Positions 43,118 to 58,296 of a DNA stretch of 64,000 nt are shown here, in pieces (the stretch's first letter is position 1; every line of letters begins with the position of its first letter). The stretch is taken from assembly GCA_002245135.1 (NCBI GenBank), contig NGBS01000875.1:1-64000 (forward strand). The letters run 5' to 3'. This DNA is from Proteromonas lacertae (Eukaryota). The translations under genes and the position numbers were made by a program. The notes beneath the pieces were generated by a model that saw nothing but the letters and a program-made list of their open reading frames with translations, searched no databases and was not told where the DNA came from.

Positions 43118-43213
43118 TTTGATGCTCATATATCCGTTCAAGATCATTGCCATTGATAATATTGTTTCAAATACTATCTCAAGAAATGCGAATATTTGAA
43201 TCATTGCATCAAA
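43118..43213 (-). ncRNA. Candidate box C/D snoRNA
   Basis: Perfect 8-bp terminal stem TTTGATGC/GCATCAAA directly encloses a C-like ATGATT and a D-like ATGA. Internal TCGCATTTC is antisense to conserved 5.8S GAAATGCGA and is followed by TTGA. Confidence 0.5.
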
Positions 43214-43217
43214 ATTG

Positions 43218-43339
43218 TCTTCTAATCATACTTTCTCGAAATAAAGTCGTCATGTGTTATCATACGCGGCCTTTTGTTGGTAATCATATTCAGAATAAGT
43301 TTAAAGCAAACAGCTATCATAATCACATTTATGAGAAGA
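43218..43339 (-). ncRNA. Candidate box C/D snoRNA or scaRNA
   Basis: Terminal TCTTCT/AGAAGA repeat and three C-like/D-like pairs (GTGATTA..CTGA, ATGATTA..ATGA, ATGACGA..ATGA). CAAAAGGCCG is antisense to U2 snRNA CGGCCTTTTG. Confidence 0.4.
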
Positions 43340-43616
43340 AATAAACAAAAAAAAAGTAATACAAGTATAGTTGAAAGTGGAAGTAATAGTATAAACTATT
43401 TCAATCTTACCTGATATCATCAGTTATTTGAATATCTAAAGACTATTCTATCATTTCATCAATAGGTTTCAATTCACTTCAAATATTTCATTGAAATAAA
43501 TTGAAATACTTACATACAAAAAAAACAAGTATACAAAGAGAAAAACAGAAAAAAAAGAAATGTGAAGAGTCAAGTCGATGCAATAAGCTTGATCATAATA
43601 ATTTTCATTTTTTATC

Positions 43617-44383
43617 ATGAATACTGTAGATAGTATAAAAATGTATGTTACATCGTAGTTCTGAAACTGTCATTGGGTAAAAGAATCCACCCTGATAACT
43701 TACCAATACTTGTACCATCTTTTAAAGAAAATGTATATTTAAACTAGCTTTTTATTGCATAATAGGTTAAAAAGGGAGAATATAATTTCGATTTATGCCA
43801 TACCATATTAAAAATATATCAATTCTACCCAACTACAACAGATATGCAACTTACTCAAGATATATTCATAAAAGTATGATTCAGTGAATATATATCAATA
43901 GACACTTATGAATTTATGCAATTCAAAAGATGATTTCTTAAAATTGTCATATGTTCTTCAAAATCAAACTGTATTTCTAGTATTTTATGTTTATTAGTAT
44001 AATGATTTAACTAAAACAGTTCCATTTTTGTTGAATGACGAATTAGAAACAGGGAATTACATCAAATTCTGGGAAATAGCTAATTCTAATAAATTAGACT
44101 CAAAATATACAAATTTCAATAAACAAATGCGTAATTGTATTTTAATAACATTGGAAATGACCTATCAAGTTTTAGATGTGAATAAAGCATGTTCGTTCCT
44201 CAATTGTGTATGAATAGTTATTATTATACTTTACACTAGAAAGAAAACGAAATTAAATCAATTTTAAACGGTGTAGGAACAATTGAAAATGGTAAAATCC
44301 ATTTTCCAAATACACAGAACATTTCTGTTCAATCTAAGGATGATGTATCAGTAAAGTCAGTAATGTCACTCTTTTCATCATAA
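43617..44383 (+). CDS. EIF3K: Eukaryotic translation initiation factor 3 subunit K
   Basis: Spliced product includes 'PDNLPIL', 'YNFDLCHTILKIYQFYP', 'TLMNL', 'LETGNYIKFW', 'FNKQMRNCILITLEMTYQ'. Confidence 0.8.
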
Positions 44384-44527
44384 ATATACTATTTTTGTTT
44401 AAAATATTATTTGTTTGAAATATGTATAATGATTTTGGAGGAATAAAAAAGAATTTTCATTTTTGGTAGAAACTTGGTGCTTTCTCCGAAAACTCCGAAA
44501 AGAATCATTTTAAATCTTCATTTTTGA

Positions 44528-45523
44528 ATGGCAGAAAAGAAGCAAAACCCTTTTATATTAGCAGCGAAAGATATTATAGCTGGTACAATAGGGGGTATTG
44601 GTCTTGTTTTCGCTGGACACCCTTTCGATACTATTAAAGTCAATATCTTTTTAATTTTTACCTATTATGTTTTTTTAATTATGCAAGACTTCAGACACAA
44701 TCATCTTCTAAACCAATGTACAACGGTATGATGGATTGTGTGACAAAAACAATTAAATGGGAAGGTTTTTCTGGTTTCTATAAAGGAGTTGCTTCACCCT
44801 TAATTGGACAAATGGTTTTCAATGCTGTACAATTCTGTGTCTATGGTCAATCAAAGAATTTGGTGAAAAGGAAAGACCAAAAGTATTTAACTATTCCGCA
44901 ATATTTTCAAGCTGGTCTATTAACTGGTATTTGTGTGTCGTATATAATAGTTTTAATTATTTCCTCTTAGATTAGTCGAATCACCAATGGACTTCTTCAA
45001 ATCACAAATTCAAATCCAAATATTTGAACAAAAAGCTAATCCAAAAGAATATAAACCAGAATTTAACGGTGTTATTGACTGTGCAAAGAAAGTAACAAAG
45101 AGATATGGAATTAGAGGTTTCTACCAAGGATTAGGACCAACTTTACTACGTGATGCTATTGCAGTCAGTTTCTATTTTGGTGTATATGAAATGATCAGAA
45201 GAGCATTCTTAAAGCCAGGTCAATCTTATGGAGATGTTGAAAAATTGGGTTTATGGAAACTATTCTGGGCTGGAGGTTTTGCTGGTGTTGTATATTGGAT
45301 TTCTACATATCCTATTGATGTTATTAAGTCTCAGATGATGGCTGATTCTGTTCATCCTGAGAAGAGGTTGTATAAGAATATGGTTGATTGCGCTAAGAAA
45401 GTATATGCGAAGGAAGGTCCAAAAGTATTCTTTAAAGGGTTTTTACCTTGTATAATTCGTTCTTTCCCAGCAAATGCTGCTTGCTTTATTTGTTATCAAA
45501 AGTCACTTCAATTACTTATGTAA
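44528..45523 (+). CDS. Mitochondrial carrier (SLC25, carnitine/ornithine-carrier-like)
   Basis: Three carrier signatures: PFDTIKVRLQ, PMDFFKSQIQ, PIDVIKSQMM. Also 'GFYKGVASPL' and 'IRSFPANAACF'. Confidence 0.92.
44643..44686 (+). other. U12-type intron, AT-AA, 44 nt
   Basis: 5' ATATCTTTT, branch-like TTTTTTAAT, ends GCAA. Removal restores 'HPFDTIKVRLQTQ'; the flanking GT-AG pair does not restore the frame. Confidence 0.85.
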
Positions 45524-45706
45524 CCATTTGTGTGTTTAACTATGCTAATATTATTTAGTAAATAAACTACTGTGTTGTTGTTTAAAATGGTTGTTCTAAT
45601 GATTATCAAAATATGATCGTTTTATGTCGTTTTAAAAATAATTACTATTTACGTTTTTAATAGAAACTAGATAGTATATTGGTTTGTATAATTATTGTTA
45701 TTAATC

Positions 45707-46795
45707 ATGCCGAATGATACAATATTAACAGATCAATCAATTACACTAGCAAACTTTCTTTGCCGTATTTAATCCTTATTCATACTATTCTAGTGAATAA
45801 CAAAGAAATTAGGATAATAGAAAAAATATTCTATTCGTATGATGAAAATGGGAGCATACCTATAGGTAAATTATACGATAAGAAATTTATAATCCAGAAC
45901 TCGATGGAAGCCAAACTACTGAGAATATTTGGTATTAATAATGTTGTATGATATATATTACTTAGGTCAAAATTTAAATTACAATCAATTTTTCTGGTTT
46001 GTTATTTCTATATCATTTTTTCCATTCAAATTAGTATTACAATGTATAATATACTTATATAATTATTTCAACATAGTAATATTAGCAGCCTATAGACTAA
46101 ATCCTTTTGAAACAATTACACAAATCAAATTCGCCAATTTCTTTGCCGAAATTAATGTACCTTTAACTCCAACAGAAATTGAAAATTATTTCATTATCTG
46201 TAATCCAGATTCGCAAGACAGAGAATCAACAACTATTGATTTTGAAGGAATCTTGCATATTGACAGTTATTATCCAAACTTATTCCAACATGTGAGAGAT
46301 ATGATTATTAATATGCAGAATAAAGTATTTGGGAAAAGAATAATCAAGAATATTCTGGATAGAAAAACTAATTTACCAAGAATATTAGCATTTGTTAGAC
46401 AAAATCATCAATTTCCCAGAGAAAGTTGTTTTGATTCAACAAAAAGGATATTTACTGGTGATCCTCCTCTATATGTATATGATTTTTGTGATTTAACAGT
46501 AACTGAAGCTACAATCGCGACATTGGTGAAGAAATACTGTAATTTATATTGTCCAAGTGAGAATGTAACAGTTCCTGATTCACCAAAACTTCCAAAAGTG
46601 AAAACAAGAACAAATTCTGGATTTAAATTTAATAATAAATCTATAGATAAGATATTATCTAGAGCAACTAGTCGTAGTAGCCATCATAGTCGACATTCTG
46701 AAGCACAACCTGGTCCAATTAGTTTTTCTGGTAGTTACTACTCCAAGCATAGTAATGGAAAGAAAAGCTTATGTCGAACTCCCATAGAAAAATAA
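45707..46795 (+). CDS. Hypothetical protein with degenerate EF-hand-like segments
   Basis: Multi-exon; 'IFYSYDENGSIPI', 'PLTPTEIENYFIICNPD...IDFEG'. Ser-rich tail. Confidence 0.5.
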
Positions 46796-46933
46796 CTTGT
46801 AAATTTAATTTATATTATTTATTACATTTTTTGTTATTGTAATATGTGTATATTTATAACTTGTTGATGTTGAGTGATTGAAATGACTAATCATTTAATT
46901 GATATGTAGATCATGTTATGTATTTGTGTTGTT

Positions 46934-47074
46934 ATAATACTTCGATAGAACTAGATGATACTAACCATGATTCTCCATCTATGGAACTCTTAATGAAATT
47001 CATTTTTTAAATGATTATATGTTTCAATAATATATTCGTTTCATTATTTTATTTTTGTTTTTTAATCTTAAATC
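46934..47074 (-). repeat. Inverted copy of 55556-55697 (upstream region, first exon and intron donor of the kinase-LRR gene)
   Basis: Reverse complement aligns over ~141 bp with about 7 differences. Encodes MNFIKSSIDGESWLVSSSSIE versus MNFIKSSIDRESWLVSSNSTE. Confidence 0.92.
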
Positions 47075-47089
47075 ACACTTGTGAAGGAA

Positions 47090-47640
47090 TATTAAGAATA
47101 TTCTTTAAAAATAATTCCAAAAAAATACATATAACTACATTGAATTTGAAATAGTATTGTTTGTATGAAAAGTATGTTATATCATCATATCTGATTATTA
47201 TCTCAGTATTAATAGAATTTGTATCATTTTCACATGATATATAATATTTACTTGGATATGTATTATCCCATTTTCCATGAATTCTTCCTGTTTTATTATC
47301 AAATAATACTGTTGGAGGTAGTTCAGGAGTAATGCTGAAAAAGCAATCATCTCCATCACAATTACAATTTATATCAAATTCTTCTCCATTTTTAATATCA
47401 TATTGCTTTTTATCATAATAGAATGTAGTTAATTCACTAACTGATATATAATAATAATCATAACATTCTGTATTGGCAGTATTAAAAGATATTTTGTATT
47501 TAATGCTTTTACTTTGAGTATTTGTTATACCAATTATATTTCCATCAGATAAAAGAAATATTGTAGAATAATATATATAATTTCACACACCTAAAAAATT
47601 CAAAAGAAAGGAGCAATATAAGCAATGTTATAGGAAGTAA
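47090..47640 (-). pseudogene. Putative Ig-domain (He_PIG-like) gene fragment or small gene
   Basis: 'FFSITPELPPTVLFDNKTGRIHGK' matches the He_PIG signature. +1 shift at ~47270, no clear ATG, not in the ORF track. Confidence 0.45.
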
Positions 47641-47698
47641 TAATAATTCAGAAACACAACAAAACGAATATATTTTTATTAATTAGATAATTTCTGAA

Positions 47699-51711
<4,013 letters not shown>

Positions 51712-51939
51712 TTAATAATATGCTCTGTTATATTGTTTTTGTCATTTAAAGTGCCAAATTTCTCATAATCCGAATTTAAAAATATATGGGGTTTAAGGGT
51801 AAAACTGATTTTATTTTGTTTTTTATTTTTCGTATCTATTAAGTTGGATTTCTGTAGGTTTATATTTTTCTAAATTAATATCAGTATTAACTATTTCTTT
51901 ATTATCTGTAAATACATCAGAAATTTCTTAGATTTGAAA

Positions 51940-54900
51940 ATGGATAGGTATACAACAAAGATTTACTAAAATATACATAGAAGCGCACCACTACCGCCCA
52001 GGAGATTGGATGCAAAATCTTATGGAAGGCCCGGTTCGGGAACTAGGACAAATTCTTCTAGACCTCCTTCTAGAAGCGTAAATTTATCAGCATTGCAATC
52101 AGGAGCTGGAAATAAAAATAAAGCATCATTCCCATCTCTACAGACTCATCATTTGTTAAAGAAAAAGACAACCAACTCGTATTTCTAATTGTTATAATTA
52201 AATAGTGGATCTTTATCGACGGGTGCATCTACTGGAACATCATCCACATCATCAATGGGTATAAATCGAGCTACATCAAATTCTGAAAGTAATTCTGCGA
52301 TGAAGAATTCTCTATCCCCAGCTCCACTTTCAGTTACACCAAATTATACATCCTATAAGAAAACCCCAGAAAATACGACTTCTTCATTAAAACCTCCTCA
52401 AAGTGTAAATTCAGCTTCTCCTTCTAGTAGTTCATCTTCCTCTAATGCATCATCAACAACAAATGCTTCTGCAATATCAGCAGCAACGAATAATAGCAAT
52501 ACTACTTCCACAACAACCACAACAAAAACAAATGCAATTCCAAATCCTCCTCATGTATCACCAACGTACAATACAATCAATTCACCTAATAAATCACGAG
52601 CGATGAATAATCTGAGTAACTTACCAGCAGCATCAGGTGCTTCTTCATCAACACCAATTGATTCACCTTACAATATGAATCATAAACACTTATTAAGTTC
52701 CTATGGATCTGCCTCTAGTGATGGTGGTACATCATCATCATTATCTGCAATGACTGAAGCAGAAAGTGGTGGAAATAAAAGAAAACCATTATTTGGCACA
52801 AGTCCAAGTAGTATAATAAAAAACAAAGTAATCCCTAAAACACAAGCTGTTCGAGATTTAATAATGAAAGCCTTTCATAATCATTTCTTATTTTCCAAGT
52901 TAAGTAGTGATTTAGAGAAAAAAGTTATTGATTGTATGGAAAGTCAAACAATTAATAAAGGAGGAATAGTTATTCAAGAAGGTGAAGCTGGAGATAATTG
53001 TTATGTAATTGAAAGTGGTAAATTTAGTTTCTTTGAAAAAGCTAAAGGTAATGCGATGGTAAATCAACTAGGAGAAGGTCAAATATTTGGTGAATTAGCG
53101 TTATTATACAATTGTCCAAGAACAGCTACAGTACAAGCTGCAAAAAATAGTATAGTTTGGATGTTAGATCGTGATACATTTCGTGCAATAGTAGCCCATT
53201 TATCTGAATTAGAATTAATAGCTGCTAAGAAAACTTTGAGTAATATACCTAGTTTAAAAGCGTTAAGTGATGAACAAATGACTCATGTAGCTGAAATCGT
53301 TCAATTTTCAGAGTTTAAAGAACATGATGTAATAATTGAAGCAAATCATATAAACAACGTAGTTTATGTAATTCAACATGGCAAAGTAAGTTATCGAGAA
53401 AGTGATGGTAGTGGTCGAAAGATGTTGAGTGAAAATGGATGTTTTGGTGAAGAATGTTTAATGGAAAGTCTTCCAAATTACTCAATAGTTGCTGAAAGTG
53501 ATGTATCTTGTTTATGTTTTCATTATAATGATTTTGTGAGAGTAGTTGGTAATATAACTGAATTATTAGATCATAATCGAAGAATCAAAATCTTACGAAA
53601 TTGTCCATTATTACAATATTTATCTGAGAGTGAAATAGATCAATTAGATGAAGCATTTACAATCGAATCTTATAAAGATGGTGATTATGTAATAAAACAA
53701 GGAGATAATGGAGATAAATTCTATATAATAAAAGAAGGTAAATGTAAAGTAACAAAAACGAATAGAAAAAGATCATAATATCTCTGAAGAAGAAATTAGA
53801 ATATTAAGTAGTGAAGAAGGAGCTTATTTTGGTGAATATGCATTATTACATGAAGAGAAAAGATCAGCAAATGTAATAGCAATAAATAATTTGATATGTT
53901 TCGTATTAGATCGTAAAAGTTTTAACAAATTATTAGGTTCTTTGAAAGATATAATGGGTCAACATGCAGTAATTCGAGCATTAAAAGCAGTTCCATTATT
54001 TCAATCTTTATCAAGTAAAGACATGGAGAATATGGCTCAAGCATTTCATATTCGTATATATGATAAAGGTGATTCTATAATAAAACAAGGAACTCCAGCA
54101 ACTGAATTTTTTGTAATAAATCAAGGAAGTGTGACAATAACAAAAGACACAGATAGTGGTGAAAATTTACGACTAGGTAGTTGTGGTGTAGGTGATTATT
54201 TAGGTGAAATTGGATTAATAAGTAATGAGCCAAGAACAGCGAATGCAATCGCTGATACTGAAGTAGAAATGTATATATTAGATGCGAAAGATTTTGTGAG
54301 ATTATGTGCTCCAATGGTTGAAAAATTAAAAGCAAGAGCTGCTGAGAAAGAAACAGAGTGATGATATGTTATTAAATTCAAAGAAAGATCCATTAATAGC
54401 TGAAATGAAGTTAAGTGAATTAGATACAGTTGCTTTATTAGGAACTGGAGTATTAGGTCGAGTTACATTAGTTCGACATCGTAAAAATGGTGTAGTATAT
54501 GCATTAAAAGCGATGTATAAAGCAGTAATAGTATCAAAGAAACAACAGAAAGCAGTAACCTACGAAAAGAATATTTTATTAGGCCTTAGATCATCCATTT
54601 ATATTGAAACTATTTCGAACATTTAGAGATAGAAATAAAGTATATATGTTAATGGAATATGTTCCTGGAGGTGAATTATATGGATTATTACGAAGATTGC
54701 CAAAGTATATATATTATAATTTATTAATTATAATATATGTAATAGACATCGATTAAGAAGTAGTAAAGCTCGATTCTTTGCAGCTTCTGTTTTATTGGTG
54801 TTAGAATATTTACATGGTAAAAGAATAGTTCATCGAGATTTAAAACCAGAGAATGTATTGATCGATTGTAAAGGATATATAAAGATGATTGATTTTGGAT

Positions 54901-55453
54901 TTGCGAAAGAAATCAAAGATAAAACTTATACATTATGTGGAACTCCCGAATATTTAGCTCCTGAAGTGATCTTAGGTCGAGGTTATAATAAAAGTGCAGA
55001 TTATATATCATTTTATATATGTTTATATATATTTATATATTTCTTTAATAATATTTGTAATGGGCAGTTGGTATTTTGATTTATGAAATGTTATGTGGAC
55101 ATGCTCCTTTCCGTGCTCCTCAAGAAGATAAAATATTCCAAAAAATAACTGAAGGTCGATTTGATTTTCCTCCAAAATTCAATGATTATGGAGCGAAAGA
55201 TTTAGTAGAAAAATTGTTAATAATTGATGTTCATCGTCGAATTGGTTGTTTAAAACGAGGTGTTCGAGATATAAAAGATCATATTTGGTTTAATGGATTA
55301 GATTGGAAAGAATTATTAAAACGAAATGTGGAAGTTCCTTGGATTCCTCCTTTAAAGAATGATATGGATCATAGTAATTTTGGTTGTAATGATCCTGAAG
55401 AGCCAGCTCCTCCTTATGTAGATGATGGAAGTGGTTGGGATAAAGAATTTTAA
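51940..55453 (+). CDS. PKG: cGMP-dependent protein kinase-like enzyme with four cyclic-nucleotide-binding domains
   Basis: Ser/Thr-rich N-terminus; cassettes [22 protein letters not shown] (degenerate), [35 protein letters not shown] kinase 'HRDLKPEN', 'DFGFAK', '[14 protein letters not shown]'. Three +1 shifts. Confidence 0.9.
55005..55060 (+). other. U12-type intron, AT-AA, 56 nt
   Basis: 5' ATATCATTTT, branch-like TTCTTTAAT at 55041-55049, ends GTAA. Removal restores kinase subdomain IX '[15 protein letters not shown]'. The interval contains no AG. Confidence 0.88.
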
Positions 55454-55555
55454 AGAGATTAAAACAATTTTTTTGTTAAAAGTAATAATTATAAATAATG
55501 AATGTGAAATTGATATATTTTGTTGATATTTGATAAATAATCTAAAAATGAATGA

Positions 55556-55697
55556 GATTTAAGGTTAAAAAAACAAAAATAAAATAATGAAACGAATATA
55601 TTATTGAAACATAAAATCATTTTAAAAATGAATTTCATTAAGAGTTCCATAGATAGAGAATCATGGTTAGTATCATCTAATTCTACCGAAGTATTAT
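55556..55697 (+). repeat. Second copy of the ~141 bp inverted duplication
   Basis: Matches the reverse complement of 46934-47074. Confidence 0.92.
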
Positions 55698-58049
55698 TAT
55701 TTGTTTGTATCCCTAGATAAAAGAAAGAATAAAGCTGATTTATAATTCAAAAGATGTTAGAGCATATGCCAAAAGATGTGAGAAAATGAGAAAATGTGTG
55801 AATGTGAATGAAATAAAAGAAGAGAAGATGTTGATATTTGTAGAGAACAACTCCATTTTGTTCTATTGTTGTGTTTCATTCATTTATCCATTTGAAATAG
55901 AAATGTGAGGTAATAATATAATGATTTTAGATAGAAGTTATTATTGTGGAGATTTAGAAGAGATAATTCATAGTAAATCAATTTTAAGTGATTTTGTTTG
56001 TGAAGTGATATGTAAAATATGTGATATTATAATGATATTGAGTGGATATAATATAGTTGTTGTTAATTTGAAGAGCTCTAACATAATATATGATGAAAAT
56101 AATGATATAAAAATATGTGATTTATGTTTGAATGAAATAAGAAAAGAAGAAGAAATGAGAATATATGATATTTGTTTTAAAAGCCCTGAAGAGTTGAGTG
56201 GATTAGAATGTAACGAAAGAAGTGTGATTTGGTCAATAGGATGTATATTATATGAAATGATTTGTAAGAAATTACCCTTTAATGAAGATGATAATACTTA
56301 TAAAACCATGAATAACATCTTGAAATGTAAATATAGTATTGATATAGAATGTGATGAAATGATGAAAGAATTGATAGAAAGAATGTTGAAAGTGAAGAGT
56401 GAAGATAGATTGAGTTTAAAGGAGTTGAAGAAAGAAATAAAGAAGATGTGTGAAATAGTGAATGATGAAACAAAATATTTGATGATGATTAAAGAAAGAA
56501 AAGAAATGTTATATAAAAATGATATAAATATTATTACACTACCAATAGACTATCCAACAGAATATTATTTTAAAAGTAATGAAAAAGAAAGTATAAAAAT
56601 AAATGTAATGATGATAATATTTAAATAGAAATTGCAGATACATTGGTAGAATTATACAATGCTAAACCAAATGAAAAAATCCTGTCAATATTATTGAAGC
56701 TGGAGTTATTCTTTAGAATCTATTCAAATTATAAACTGAAATATCAAATTCATCATCGATGTGAAGTAAGAAGAAATGAGTGTTATTTAGATGAAATGAT
56801 ATATCGTATTGAAACTGGTTGTTATGACAATGATATTCTAGTAATTGAATCAAATGCTTTTTGTTCATGTGAAAGAGGGATTAATTATTTTTTCAGAATA
56901 TTGAAATCAATCAATCCAACAAAACTATTATTTTGTATAATTTATATAGTTTTTATTTCTTTAGACAGTAGAGGTAATTATGAGAGAATAAAAAATCCTA
57001 TTGAAAATCAATCATTATTTGGATCATGTTTTAGTCAATTTACAAGTCTACAATGGTTGAAATTATGTAAATGTAATCTTACTTCATGTTTTGTTGAATC
57101 ATTTGTTAAATCAATTCCATTCATGAAATTGAAACATGTAAATCTTCAAGGTATTTATTATATTCTATCTATACAATTTTGATATAGATAATCCAATAGA
57201 TGGAAAAGGATTTAAACTATTACTTCCATATTTACATTTATTAATCAACAATAAAAGAAAATTGAATGTTCATGGAGTGGATTTAGATGATGAATCAATG
57301 ATATTATTATCATCATATTTACATAAATATCCAAGACTTGACAAAATAAATGTTAGATATAATAAAAGTATTCATTCAGTTGGATTAAAAGCTTTATTCT
57401 CCAAAATTCGTATTTCAAAAGTAGACTTTGATTTTAATGGAAGTAAAGAGTTAATGATGAATGAAAATTTTCCAGAATTATTGAAATATGTTAGAAATGA
57501 TTTGAGTAACTCAAATATTGATGATGATACTCTGAAAACATTCATTAGTTTTAGATTAAATGAGTTTAAAAATACAAGACAGTTAGATTTGAGTAGTATG
57601 ACTAATATTTTTATATTATTTAGATAATAAACTAACATATAAAAGTGTAGAATTTTTGATAAACAATTTATCATTAATTCCAAATCTTAAATATCTTAAA
57701 TTACATGGAAATGAAATAGGAGATGAAGGAATGAAATTATTATCTCCACATATTAGTTTATTAATATATTGCGATTGTGATTGTGATGGTCTTCATTTTA
57801 AAATAAATTGTTCAAGTATAGTATTAATGATAATATACAATAGAAATTGGATTATCATCAATTGGATTGAAATATTTAGTTGATGGTTTAAAGACTATTG
57901 ATTTAAAAAGATATAAGAATTTCACACTTCATATAAGTAATAATAATATAGATCCAAGAACTATTGAAAATCTAAAATGTGAATACATTATAACTAGTTC
58001 TGAAATAGAAGAAAGATGTTGTAAAGTCTCACATGGCTTTTTCTTTTAA
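55628..58049 (+). CDS. NEK-like pseudokinase fused to ribonuclease-inhibitor-type leucine-rich repeats
   Basis: Kinase fold with HRD replaced by VVN ('IVVVNLKSSNII') and DFG by DLC; 'SPEEL', 'IWSIGCILYEM'. LRRs such as 'LKYLKLHGNEIGDEGMKLL'. Confidence 0.8.
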
Positions 58050-58296
58050 TTGTTTATTCTTATTTCATAATATAATTCGAACTTGACACTTTTCTTAAGT
58101 AAATATGTAATTTATTTTCATATTATGTACAACAGCAGAATATTATGCTATTTCATAGATTATAATATCCTCCTTTTATCCTATCCCATCCTTGTCTTGT
58201 TTTAGTCATTCTGAAACTCAGGTTTATTGTAATGAATTGAAATAAAAAGATATTAATCAATAAAAGATTAGATTAAGAATTAATTTGTATTTTCTT

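Noticed and set aside
43261..43330. U2 snRNA on the plus strand (CGGCCTTTTG)
   Set aside because: Lacks the following GCTAAGATCAAGTGTAGTA branch-recognition region; an antisense guide on the minus strand fits better.
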